Notes under the pieces: model-generated
What the model saw: only the letters and a program-made list of their open reading frames with translations
What the model was told of the DNA's origin: nothing
Databases searched by the model: none
In this document: in pieces, positions 55,728 to 64,000 of the stretch
Position numbering within the stretch: position 1 is the stretch's first letter
Layout: every line of letters starts with the position of its first letter
Position numbers and translations under genes: made by a program
Origin: a virus
IMG/VR virus record: IMGVR_UViG_3300031965_000019
Span: 2,490-66,489 of that record
Strand: one strand, 5' to 3'
Length of the DNA: 64,000 nt

Positions 55728-55874
55728 GGGTAAACCCCGTATTATGTGCCTCAGGCTGCCGGCCAGATGCGTCCGAACGCTTTGGCGAGAAGCCGTAATC
55801 GTTACGAGTGCCGATCCTGGCCGCGACACCAGGAATACGCTTGATCGGCAGGTACTTTTAACCCAACTGGCGTT

Positions 55875-55902
55875 ATATTATCACGCAGCGGGACAATTGC
55901 AA
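55875..55902 (-). promoter_or_regulatory. Leftward early promoter candidate
   Basis: TTGCAA-16 nt-TAATAT with TG extension. Confidence 0.5.
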
Positions 55903-55951
55903 CACCAAAACACCCATATCGTGAGAATTTTTGAGAAAAAAACAAGCCGGC

Positions 55952-56203
55952 TCATTCATTTGCCGGGCGGCCCCTGGAATTACGCTCTTTTTTGTAGCGG
56001 GCGATCTCGGCCTTGTGGATATACCAGTCTGCGCCAGGGCTCATTTGGAAGCCTTCTAGGGCAGGGCTCTTTTTTTCCAGGAAATTATTGCAGTAGCGGC
56101 GCACGGAGTCGGCAGTCAGCCCAAGGGCCTCTGCCGCCTCGGCACAGGTGAGATAGTCCTTAGTTTCAATCGTGGGCATACTCATGGCCCTTGAAATTAT
56201 CAC
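55952..56203 (-). CDS. Excisionase-like HTH protein
   Basis: YLTCAEAAEALGLTADSVRRYC. Confidence 0.8.
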   Translation of the reverse strand: MIISRAMSMPTIETKDYLTCAEAAEALGLTADSVRRYCNNFLEKKSPALEGFQMSPGADWYIHKAEIARYKKERNSRGRPANE

Positions 56204-56338
56204 GAAGCGTGTGTAAAGTCAATGCTCTCTGGAGCGGTCGTAACGATTCCGGCAGGAGCTAGAATGTTCGGCGCCTCGCGGCTAACCGCCACTCCAGAGA
56301 GCCATGTATTGCGGATTGGTCATGGGCTAAGTTGGTTG

Positions 56339-56407
56339 CACGGAAAACCCTGGAGCGGGCGTAAACGATTCTCGGCAGGACCAAGAACCGAGTCGGGGCC
56401 TCACGGC
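56339..56407. repeat. 69-bp direct repeat, copy 1
   Basis: One mismatch to 56748..56816. Confidence 0.9.
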
Positions 56408-56443
56408 ATCCGGGCCTCTCCCATAGTTCAGGAGGTTCCTTTA

Positions 56444-56704
56444 ATGAACAGTTCAAAAACAAATGAGAATTGCGGTGAATTGGTCGGCGACTTCGACGAA
56501 TTCATGGCCCTTCTCGCGAGGCTAAAAAAGACGCTGCCGACACTATCTCCAGAACTCAAGGATCGACTTCGCCGAATCCTTGATCTTCCGGGTGAAGCCG
56601 GCACCCTTGAAACTGAAACCACAGGACGGACAGTCAAAGTCACGCTGCGCCCTTCGCACAGTCTGCTTGAAATTGCGGCCGCAGCCGGGGCACTTGACGT
56701 CTAG
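56444..56704 (+). CDS. Small protein (86 aa), antisense to the Zn-ribbon gene
   Basis: AGGAGG SD before ATG 56444. Confidence 0.5.
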   Translation: MNSSKTNENCGELVGDFDEFMALLARLKKTLPTLSPELKDRLRRILDLPGEAGTLETETTGRTVKVTLRPSHSLLEIAAAAGALDV

Positions 56705-56731
56705 CTTCGCGTTCTGGTCGATCACTCCCAT
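56543..56731 (-). CDS. Small Zn-ribbon protein (62 aa)
   Basis: GGAGGTG SD; CPGC…CPSC. Confidence 0.6.
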   Translation of the reverse strand: MGVIDQNAKLDVKCPGCGRNFKQTVRRAQRDFDCPSCGFSFKGAGFTRKIKDSAKSILEFWR

Positions 56732-56747
56732 TGTTCACCTCCAAATT

Positions 56748-56816
56748 CACGGAAAACCCTGGAGCGGGCGTAAACGATTCTCGGCAGGACCAGGAACCGA
56801 GTCGGGGCCTCACGGC
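56748..56816. repeat. 69-bp direct repeat, copy 2
   Basis: One mismatch to 56339..56407. Confidence 0.9.
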
Positions 56817-56908
56817 TGACCGCCACTCCAGGGGGGAACTGTGGGGACGGGGCCAAGAGGCCCCTTTTTTCTTGACGTCTGCCAATCCACCTGCGCTGTG
56901 GAACAAAG

Positions 56909-56980
56909 CTCCCGGGGCTGGACTCGAACCAGCAACCGATCGGTTAACAGCCGATTGCTCTACCATTGAGCTACCCGGGA
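56909..56980 (-). tRNA. tRNA-Asn(GTT), no encoded CCA
   Basis: TCCCGGG/CCCGGGA acceptor, GCTC/GAGC D-stem, ATCGG-CTGTTAA-CCGAT anticodon arm, GGTTCGAGTCC T-arm. Confidence 0.95.
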
Positions 56981-57143
56981 CCGCGTTTCCCCTCCAGCGC
57001 TACTAAGCCGCTTGCGTTGGAAGTCGCTGGAAAGCGGCGAAAAGTTGTTGTCCCCGACCCCCACTGGAACTATATTGAAGCCAACACCCTAACGGCCGGC
57101 TGAGTCGGCATGGAGAACAACGGATTGCGCGGAGAGACGCGCC

Positions 57144-57965
57144 ATGATTGCCGTCGCCGATTCTTTTGTCGCCCATGCCGAGCGATACATGCTGGCTAAT
57201 CCTTGCTGTCGAAAGCACCGGGAAAACATACGGGGTCGCATCCGTCGCTTCGTGGCGTGGTTCCCGGGCTCCCCGAAATCGCTGGCGCCCGAAGACCTGA
57301 ATGGCTTTCTGGCTTCCCTGGAGCGCGCCGGCCTCAGCGCTCACACTGTCAACGGCTACCGCGCGACAATCATGGCTGTCTGGCGGTTCGTGCTGGGAGA
57401 AAGAATTCGTTGGAAGATAAGGCGGGTACGTCCGCCGCAGAGAGAAGTGAAAGCCTGGAGCGTCGGCCAAGTGCGACAACTGCTGAGCGTTGCCGTGACG
57501 TTGCGTGGCCGGCTGCCCAACGGCGTGCAGCGGCGGCTGTTTTTCCTAACGGCGATCCACGCCGGGTTTTCCACGGGACAGAGATACGGGGATCTGGCCA
57601 GACTGCCAGTGGCGGCGATTCGAGCCGATAGGACGGCGACCTTCGTTCAATCCAAGACGGGCCGTCGCGTCACTGTTCGTTTCAGCGATAAGGCGGTGCG
57701 CTGCATTCGAGCTCACGGGCAGGCGACGGTAATTCCCAATCCGCACACGCAGCAGTGGTTTTGCGTGGCGTTCGGCGATTTGGTGGAACGAGCCGGGATC
57801 AGGCGCGGGAGCTTCAGGTGGCTCCGCCGCAGCGCGGGCTCGTATGTCGAGCGGGCGACTGGGCGAGGGCCGGAACTGCTGGGGAACACCAGAGCCGTGT
57901 TCGAGGCGAATTATCAGGCGGAGTCAATCACGAGGCGAGCACCGCCGGAGCCGCCGCGGCTGTAG
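57144..57965 (+). CDS. int: Tyrosine recombinase / integrase (273 aa, divergent)
   Basis: SAM-like N-terminus, TGQRYGDL, QSKTG, FRWLRR, LLGN, Tyr in ANY. Confidence 0.8.
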   Translation: MIAVADSFVAHAERYMLANPCCRKHRENIRGRIRRFVAWFPGSPKSLAPEDLNGFLASLERAGLSAHTVNGYRATIMAVWRFVLGERIRWKIRRVRPPQREVKAWSVGQVRQLLSVAVTLRGRLPNGVQRRLFFLTAIHAGFSTGQRYGDLARLPVAAIRADRTATFVQSKTGRRVTVRFSDKAVRCIRAHGQATVIPNPHTQQWFCVAFGDLVERAGIRRGSFRWLRRSAGSYVERATGRGPELLGNTRAVFEANYQAESITRRAPPEPPRL

Positions 57966-58172
57966 CTACCACGGGTCGTCTACTTCACGGTAGTGAATTA
58001 TTGCCGAGCCGTTCGGCGTCCGCCCCAGGAGGATCGCGTCGAATTCCGAACCGCGCACGGACACCACGAATCCACCGCTCGCGGACCGCTGGAGCACGCT
58101 CCAGGGATCGTCGTGGAACGCTAGTCGCGCGTGAGCGATAACGTCGGTTTCAGTGAGAGCTATTGCGTTCAT
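57966..58172 (-). CDS. Hypothetical protein (68 aa)
   Basis: ATGA overlap with PEP-CTERM gene. Confidence 0.45.
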   Translation of the reverse strand: MNAIALTETDVIAHARLAFHDDPWSVLQRSASGGFVVSVRGSEFDAILLGRTPNGSAIIHYREVDDPW

Positions 58173-59095
58173 TCGTTCAACCCCTTGCGGCGTATTCCTA
58201 CAAAGCACCAAATCAACAGCAATAGGGTAGCCGGCTCCGGCACACTTACTGCCCCCAGTGGGCCAACGCCGCTTCCGTACTCACGTTGCCAGGCGAGAAA
58301 ATCATTACCATCCAGATCATCGCCGTAGCGGGTTTCCCAACCAAGGGTCGAGTGTGTGAGGTCGGCGTTGTCCACATCGCCGTCACCATCGAAGTCGGCT
58401 GACGGGCTCACGCCGCTACGGGGCTCATTTAATAACGCAAGCCACGCGACCGGGTGGATTCTCTCAGGATCGTACTCGCCGCTCAGCACGGTCGCCACCG
58501 TTCCCTTGAGCACGTTTTGCATGAAAACGCTCGCGTGGGAGTTGGCGTCGCGGTAGAGGTCTGTGCCCTCTGGCATGTTGGCGAAAATGTTGCCGGTGGG
58601 AATCAGGTAGACGGGATTCGGGATCGTCGGCGCCACGGCGTCAAAAAACGCTTGATAGGTTTCCTGGTCCCATAGGTCTTTGTTAATTTCGCCGCCCACA
58701 TTTGGAGCGTACCATTGTCCCAGCTTTTCCTCGATCGGCCACGCTGCGTAGATGAACACCTTAGTGAGTGGGTTGTTGTTGAGGGTAAGAAAATTTTGCA
58801 GAGCCGCAGACTCCGCTGCAATGTATTGGGATTGCGAATAAGAGTGAGCCGGATGCGTCTGGAACACCAGAGCATCCCACAAATTGTTCGGCAATGCTTC
58901 GGTAAACTTCCCGTAGCTACTCGACGGCACGTTAATCGTGTCCGGATCATTCCAAATATCTTCCATTGGCGATGAGGACCGGATGTGCCAGCCGCCTTGC
59001 AGATGGTCGTACACGTTCGGGTAGAATTTAGGCTGCGAGTCCCAAAGGAACGAAGCCCCGATGGCGAAGTACGTGATAAGGTTTGGCATGTTCAT
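58169..59095 (-). CDS. PEP-CTERM protein with SGNH-like domain and dockerin-like repeat
   Basis: IGASF…DANSH; ADFDGDGDVD…DGNDFLAWQR; VPEP, TM and RRK tail. Confidence 0.85.
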   Translation of the reverse strand: MNMPNLITYFAIGASFLWDSQPKFYPNVYDHLQGGWHIRSSSPMEDIWNDPDTINVPSSSYGKFTEALPNNLWDALVFQTHPAHSYSQSQYIAAESAALQNFLTLNNNPLTKVFIYAAWPIEEKLGQWYAPNVGGEINKDLWDQETYQAFFDAVAPTIPNPVYLIPTGNIFANMPEGTDLYRDANSHASVFMQNVLKGTVATVLSGEYDPERIHPVAWLALLNEPRSGVSPSADFDGDGDVDNADLTHSTLGWETRYGDDLDGNDFLAWQREYGSGVGPLGAVSVPEPATLLLLIWCFVGIRRKGLNE

Positions 59096-59128
59096 ACTCC
59101 CTCTGGAATGTTGACCGGGACGAGCGGC

Positions 59129-59458
59129 TCATTTCCGCCTCACGTAGCGTTGAAGAAACTCGCGAATGACTTTCGATGGGGTGGTTTCCTCTTGGTATGC
59201 CCTCAACTTGAGAGCGTTCCATAGTTCATCTGACAGCCTAAATGTTCTTGTTGGTTCCTGACCAGTTGCGGGACGACCAACTTTTTTAGCATTTGCATTG
59301 GCGCGTATTCTTTTAATGGGAATCAACGATTGCCTGTTGTACTTGGGACGAAGTTTCTTGATCCACCAGCGTTCAATGACTCCCATGCCACAATTGTCGC
59401 ACGGTAGTACGAACATTGCCTGATCGATAGATTCGTGGATGGGCTGCCTACTTCTCAT
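59129..59458 (-). CDS. GIY-YIG-like fragment plus RHH DNA-binding protein
   Basis: IERWWIKKLRPKYN; GRPATG..PTRTFRLSDELW…VIREFL. Confidence 0.6.
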   Translation of the reverse strand: MRSRQPIHESIDQAMFVLPCDNCGMGVIERWWIKKLRPKYNRQSLIPIKRIRANANAKKVGRPATGQEPTRTFRLSDELWNALKLRAYQEETTPSKVIREFLQRYVRRK

Positions 59459-59639
59459 TTCGTAGCTTCCTCTTGGCTGCCCTCAATAGCGTGTCGCGAG
59501 CCCAAACCGATGGCTGCGGAGCCCCCGCATTATCAATGAGGGACCGTTCATCCACCGTCAGTTTGATAAACAGCGGCGTGGCGTCCTTGGCTTCGCCAGG
59601 GGCCTTGGGAGGCCTGCCACGCGTGATTTTCTTACCCAT
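59448..59639 (-). CDS. RHH-like small regulator (63 aa)
   Basis: GRPPK…IKLTVDERSLI…SVWARDTLL. Confidence 0.7.
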   Translation of the reverse strand: MGKKITRGRPPKAPGEAKDATPLFIKLTVDERSLIDNAGAPQPSVWARDTLLRAAKRKLRNEK

Positions 59640-59717
59640 GCGGCCATTATCCACGTGGTTCTCATTATCGGCAAGCCTGAAAGTCAGAAAAATTTCCAAA
59701 TTTCGTACCTACACCTA

Positions 59718-59745
59718 TTTACAGGCTAGCCGATAATGTTATACT
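59718..59745 (+). promoter_or_regulatory. Rightward promoter candidate
   Basis: TTTACA-16 nt-TATACT with TG extension. Confidence 0.55.
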
Positions 59746-59807
59746 GAGGGTGTCGGCTGAGGCGTTTCAAGCGGTAATTCGGTTTTGACGAAAGCGAGGG
59801 TAAGACA

Positions 59808-60230
59808 ATGACAGACGCCCATTTTGACCACAGTGCTACCTATTCCCCCGAGGACAACAAGTTGCGGCTCTATCCAGCCTATCGGCTGCCGAAAGACGAG
59901 TACGATCGTTTGCGGGCCGCTGGCTTCAAGTGGGCGCCGCGGCAGGAACTATTCGTCGCTCCCATGTGGACCCCGCAACGGGAGGACTTGCTGATCGAAA
60001 TGGCCGGAGAGATCGGGGACGAGGACACGTCTCTGGTCGACCGGGCCGCAGAGCGGGCGGAGCGGTTTGGCGAGTATTCTGACGCTCGGCGTCATGCCGC
60101 CGAGTCGGCCAGGAAAGCCGTCGACCGAATCGCGGATGACTGGATTGACCTGCCGGCCGGGTCGTTCAAGAATGCCGGGACCAACGTCAACGCGGCGATC
60201 GTGGTGATCGGAGCCGCAGAAAGCGAGTGA
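59808..60230 (+). pseudogene. Internally deleted DUF3560-methyltransferase fusion
   Basis: ATYSPEDNKLRLY…GFKWAP…RAERF joined directly to LPAGSFKNAGTNVNAAIVVI. Confidence 0.65.
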
Positions 60231-60295
60231 AGAACTGACCGCTAGCGGCTAAAATTCACTCGCCAAGGATGCCGCGGGAGGTGTAGAATAAGGCC

Positions 60296-60553
60296 ATGAG
60301 CCGATTGAGTACCAAGCATGTTTTTCTTCCGCTCACCAATCGCACGGGACGCACGATCAGGGTCGGCGAGATACTACTTCCGCATCCGCTGATAGTCGAT
60401 CCCACCGAGCATGTCATCGAGCGCGACATACAACCTGGGCACCATGTTTACGTCGCCATTACCGAAGGATTGGAGGGCTCGCAACTCGATATCGTGGAAG
60501 AGGATTGCTGTTTGGTAATGAGAACCATTTCCAATGGTAAGGATGCCCCATGA
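60296..60553 (+). CDS. Hypothetical protein (85 aa)
   Basis: Co-oriented ORF. Confidence 0.45.
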   Translation: MSRLSTKHVFLPLTNRTGRTIRVGEILLPHPLIVDPTEHVIERDIQPGHHVYVAITEGLEGSQLDIVEEDCCLVMRTISNGKDAP

Positions 60554-60837
60554 ACAGTCAATTGATGCTTGTTGTCGATGTAGATCTCGCCACGCAACAC
60601 AGCAATGGTCGCACGCCTAGGCAAATGATGAACGACTTAGGCGTTCGCCATGAAAGTGAAGGCGACGTTTTCGCGCAGTTTGTGGGACCGACTAAATATG
60701 GTCAGTGCCTATTCGGCGGTATCGATGAATCTACATTGCCGGCAGAGTTGCCAGTGTGGGTTAAGGCGATAAACACATCTGCCGGTGGAAATCTTGGACG
60801 ATCGCAAGTCGCTGCTGCGCCGTGCTGCGGAACTTGA
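60550..60837 (+). CDS. Hypothetical protein (95 aa)
   Basis: ATGA overlap. Confidence 0.5.
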   Translation: MNSQLMLVVDVDLATQHSNGRTPRQMMNDLGVRHESEGDVFAQFVGPTKYGQCLFGGIDESTLPAELPVWVKAINTSAGGNLGRSQVAAAPCCGT

Positions 60838-60910
60838 AACACAGGGCAAGCGAGTGTTTTTCTTCGTTTGGGCCGATTACTGGGATAGCCAACCAAGGTG
60901 AGGGATTGCC

Positions 60911-63900
60911 ATGAACGCCACGCTCGCCATCCGCAAAGCCTTCCGCATCCAGCGTTACCGAGAACGATTCCGCGCCGCCACCGACCAGCGGATCCACGTC
61001 CGAGACAGAGCGGCGCTCGTCGCCGCGCTCAATGAGCAATTCTCACGGCAGCGCTACGCGGCCGACGATCACCAGTGGGTCACCATCGGCGGCAGTGCCG
61101 AAGGCGGTAAGAAACACGCCGGCGGGACGCCAGTCAGGCTGGACGAGTCTGGGCAGATTACCGCGGGCCCACCATCGCTTGAAGGCAAGTCGATTCACAG
61201 TCTCGGCAAGGCACCGGAGTCTGAGCCAGACGGCGATCTCTTTAGCGACGTCAAAGCGGCCGACAAGGCCGGTGCGTTCACGGGTCGGAAGTCGGAACCG
61301 GCCAGCGATGCGATTCCCAAGGCGCAGCCAGCTCGCGTCGGCGGCATCGACGCACCTTCCGTCAAATCCATGCCAGACGGGCGCAAGGTGGGACTCACGC
61401 TGCTGCGTCCCGACGAAATGGAAGCGGACCCGGCGCGATTCCAGTACAAGGTGAGCGGCATCGGCGACGAAGGCGTCACGGAAGAGTTGAAAGAGATCGA
61501 GCGATTCCGGCCGGAGTTCGCCGGACAACTCTTGGTGTGGCACGATCCGAAGGATGGAAAGACGTATGTCGTCAACGGTCACCATCGTTTCGAGCTCGCC
61601 CGCCGCTCTGGATACGACCAGCCGCTTCCAGTCTATCTCATCGATGTAAAGGATGAACGTGGGGCCCGTGCTCAAGGGGCACTGGCCAATATCGCCGAGG
61701 GCCGTGGCACCGCGATTGACGCGGCCAAGTTTTTCCGCGAGTCCGACATGACGCCGGATGAACTCAAGTCCGAGGGCGTATCGATGAAGGGCAAGACAGC
61801 CGACGAGGGCCTTAGTTTGTCGAAGCTATCGGAAAACTCCTTTACTGCTCTGGTAAACGATCAACTCGACGAGAAACGGGCGCTGGCCATTACCAGGAAC
61901 GTCGACGATCACGACAAGCAGGACGAGATTCTGCGATCCGTCCGCCGTTACGAGCAAGCTGGCCGGCCTATGCGCGACGATGCCGTGGAGGAAATGGCGA
62001 TCGACGCCGCGCTCACGGAATCGGTGGTCGAAGAGCAAACCGACCTGTTCGGGACAGAAGAGGTGAAGCGGTCGCTCGCCGCCGAGCGGGGCGTGCTCAA
62101 AGCGGCGGTGAAGAGCGAACTATCGCGGGAAGCTCGTGCTTTCACCGAGGTCGGGTGCCGCGGCCGCGCCGAAACACTGGCCGAGGCGGGCAACGTACTG
62201 GATATCTCCGGCAATCAGCAGCGGGCACAAGCGGCGCAACAATTATTGGCACAGTTTGTCAGCGATACCAAATTCAAGGGAGGAATCAACGATGTCATCA
62301 ACGAATTCAGCAATCGACTCACCAAAGAACCCAAGCGAGAAAAAGAACTCATCCGAGAGCTCGTCGCCCAAGTCCGAACCATTTTATCACAAGCTGACTC
62401 CGGAAGAGAAAAAGCATCTGGCCCGGCAGACGGCGGAGATTCAGCGGCTCGAGAAGGCTACCGGAAGAGAACAGAGCGGGCCGTCTTTACGCTAAGGGAA
62501 TCGCTCACCAACATGCGGTTCGCGCGGCAACTCGCTTACGGGATCGAGGCGCTGCGGTACGCCAAGGGATTCGTCGAGTCTGAGCATCCGCGGGACGATG
62601 AGGGGCAGTTCACCAGCAACGGCAGTTCCGCGAAGCCGCCGGCAGAAACGGAAATCATAAATCCTTCCAAGTCTCTGGCGGACCGGTTCGGAGATGACGC
62701 GAAGCAAGTTCCGGCGAAGATTTCCGAGGGACGCAGCCAACGTGAAATCAATCGCTGGCAAGAGAAACTGAACAAGGATGGTGACAAGGCGCTCCAAGCG
62801 CTCAGCGGTTATCTCGCCAGCCTCATTATTGGCCGCGACTTCAACGAACAACCCGACAAGTATTTCGAGCGGCAAGGGCTCACGGAGTTCGTGAAATGGT
62901 CTCGCACCGCCAAAGCTGATCTACAAAAGTCAGCCGAAGATCCCACGCCACGTCGAAAAGACGGTAAGCCAATTTGGAACCAATCGAATCGAGGACTACA
63001 AAACAGGTCGTTGCAAGTCGCGATGGCAGCGGGGCACAAAAACTGGAAAGTGAGCGACTTGCCGAATTCCGCTCAGGAAGTATTGGCCGATAAGAAAATA
63101 GACAGAAACCTCGGCTTGTTGCCGGAAGATGCCGACCAGAGAATCGCCAAGGCATTCGAGGATACGCCGGCCGCGATGCGAGCAGGACTCGTAACTGTGT
63201 TGCGTGATCGACTTGATCCCTGGTTTTACGACTGGGTTCCGACCCCAGAGGGTCGCACCGCCAAGACCGAGACGGGCGACGATAGGGACCAACTCCAGCG
63301 GGAAATGTTCCACCGCATCGCCGGCCACTTACTCCGCTACGGAATGCTGGAGCACAACGCGACTTGCTTCGGCGGGGACTGCTACGTGCTGGACAAGCCC
63401 AAGCCGCGGCAACAGGACTACGCGGCCGGACAATGGGACGAGTCAAAACACCCACGCGCGGCTGACGGCAAGTTCGGCAGCGGGTTCGGCCAGGCAGCGA
63501 CCGCGGAGCCGCCGTCCACGCCATCCACAGACGCGCCACAGGCCCACGGTGAGGCGCAGAGTCAGTCGGCTGATCTTAGTGAGATTCACCGCCGCTACCC
63601 GCCGCACAATCCCGATGGCCACGACACGCAGTCGCGATACAAGCGTCCCGACGGATCGTACACACCCGAGCGAAAGCGGCTCCATGATTCGATCATCGGC
63701 AAGCACCTGGAGGGCGTGACGCCGTCGGAGTCGCCCACGGTCTACATGCTCGGCGGCGGGACGGCCTCCGGCAAAACTAGTGCCATCAAGTCGGGCCTCA
63801 TCAAACTGCCGACCAACGCGGCACAGGTCGACCCGGATGCCATCAAGGGCGAGCTCCCCGAGTACGCGGCTCTCACAGAGGCCCGAGACGTGATAGCGTC

Positions 63901-64000
63901 CGCGTTCGCGCACGAGGAATCGTCGGACCTCTCGAAACAGGTGATTGCGGCCGGACTCTCCAGCGGCGTCGACGTCGTGGTCGACACCACGGGCGACAAC
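60911..64000 (+). CDS. Large polyvalent protein (>1030 aa): ParB-like domain, HPR-x3-G-x-F motifs, zeta-toxin-like kinase; runs off the right edge
   Basis: Manual translation is open from ATG 60911; YVVNGHHR; GGGTASGKT at 63752; DPDAIK; AHEESS; VVDTT. Confidence 0.88.
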   Translation, partial: MNATLAIRKAFRIQRYRERFRAATDQRIHVRDRAALVAALNEQFSRQRYAADDHQWVTIGGSAEGGKKHAGGTPVRLDESGQITAGPPSLEGKSIHSLGKAPESEPDGDLFSDVKAADKAGAFTGRKSEPASDAIPKAQPARVGGIDAPSVKSMPDGRKVGLTLLRPDEMEADPARFQYKVSGIGDEGVTEELKEIERFRPEFAGQLLVWHDPKDGKTYVVNGHHRFELARRSGYDQPLPVYLIDVKDERGARAQGALANIAEGRGTAIDAAKFFRESDMTPDELKSEGVSMKGKTADEGLSLSKLSENSFTALVNDQLDEKRALAITRNVDDHDKQDEILRSVRRYEQAGRPMRDDAVEEMAIDAALTESVVEEQTDLFGTEEVKRSLAAERGVLKAAVKSELSREARAFTEVGCRGRAETLAEAGNVLDISGNQQRAQAAQQLLAQFVSDTKFKGGINDVINEFSNRLTKEPKREKELIRELVAQVRTILSQADSGREKASGPADGGDSAAREGYRKRTERAVFTLRESLTNMRFARQLAYGIEALRYAKGFVESEHPRDDEGQFTSNGSSAKPPAETEIINPSKSLADRFGDDAKQVPAKISEGRSQREINRWQEKLNKDGDKALQALSGYLASLIIGRDFNEQPDKYFERQGLTEFVKWSRTAKADLQKSAEDPTPRRKDGKPIWNQSNRGLQNRSLQVAMAAGHKNWKVSDLPNSAQEVLADKKIDRNLGLLPEDADQRIAKAFEDTPAAMRAGLVTVLRDRLDPWFYDWVPTPEGRTAKTETGDDRDQLQREMFHRIAGHLLRYGMLEHNATCFGGDCYVLDKPKPRQQDYAAGQWDESKHPRAADGKFGSGFGQAATAEPPSTPSTDAPQAHGEAQSQSADLSEIHRRYPPHNPDGHDTQSRYKRPDGSYTPERKRLHDSIIGKHLEGVTPSESPTVYMLGGGTASGKTSAIKSGLIKLPTNAAQVDPDAIKGELPEYAALTEARDVIASAFAHEESSDLSKQVIAAGLSSGVDVVVDTTGDN
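62292..62495 (+). CDS. Nested out-of-frame small ORF (67 aa)
   Basis: GGAGG SD 8 nt before ATG; C-terminal amphipathic helix. Confidence 0.4.
   Translation: MSSTNSAIDSPKNPSEKKNSSESSSPKSEPFYHKLTPEEKKHLARQTAEIQRLEKATGREQSGPSLR

Larger units (their letters stand above)
1..64000. mobile_element. Temperate tailed phage / prophage (siphovirus-like, Mu-like head module), probable Planctomycetota host
   Basis: Contiguous tail, head, terminase, lysis, replication, recombination and integrase modules; no host housekeeping block seen; both edges cut phage-type ORFs. Confidence 0.92.

Noticed and set aside
57003-57479. 158-aa minus-strand ORF
   Set aside because: Antisense to the integrase, no recognisable features
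61032-63999. Track ORFs such as 61043..61675, 62880..63539 and 63443..63913
   Set aside because: Shadows of the plus-strand ORF from 60911

Overview
The window is almost entirely one temperate dsDNA tailed-phage genome or prophage, probably from a Planctomycetota host (Lacipirellula-style PEP-CTERM cargo, planctomycete-like RimI, CsrA and integrase). Left to right, on the minus strand: tail genes; a Mu-like head module (DUF935-type portal fused to an ADP-ribosyltransferase-like domain, protease-scaffold, decoration protein, capsid); terminases; tailspike/fibre genes; a lysis/secreted module built on peptidases; then early genes for replication, methylation and recombination. After these come tRNA-Asn, an integrase, cargo, and a plus-strand polyvalent protein. 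Two very large ORFs run off the window edges (1..3716 minus, 60911..64000 plus) and are absent from the ORF track. The best candidate novel system is at 48935-50850: a stand-alone RAMP/Cas7-like gene and a ParB-like gene interleaved with six non-coding units of strict 5-nt periodicity (near-fixed NGC triplet plus variable dinucleotide, shared 3' GCACAG/T-rich tail). Read as a gapped NN-x code, the first unit matches the 3' end of the adjacent ATPase gene at 19 of 26 positions, with mostly synonymous or conservative differences. This suggests non-contiguous RNA guides aimed at related phages. All family assignments come from motif recognition by eye; no database searches were run.
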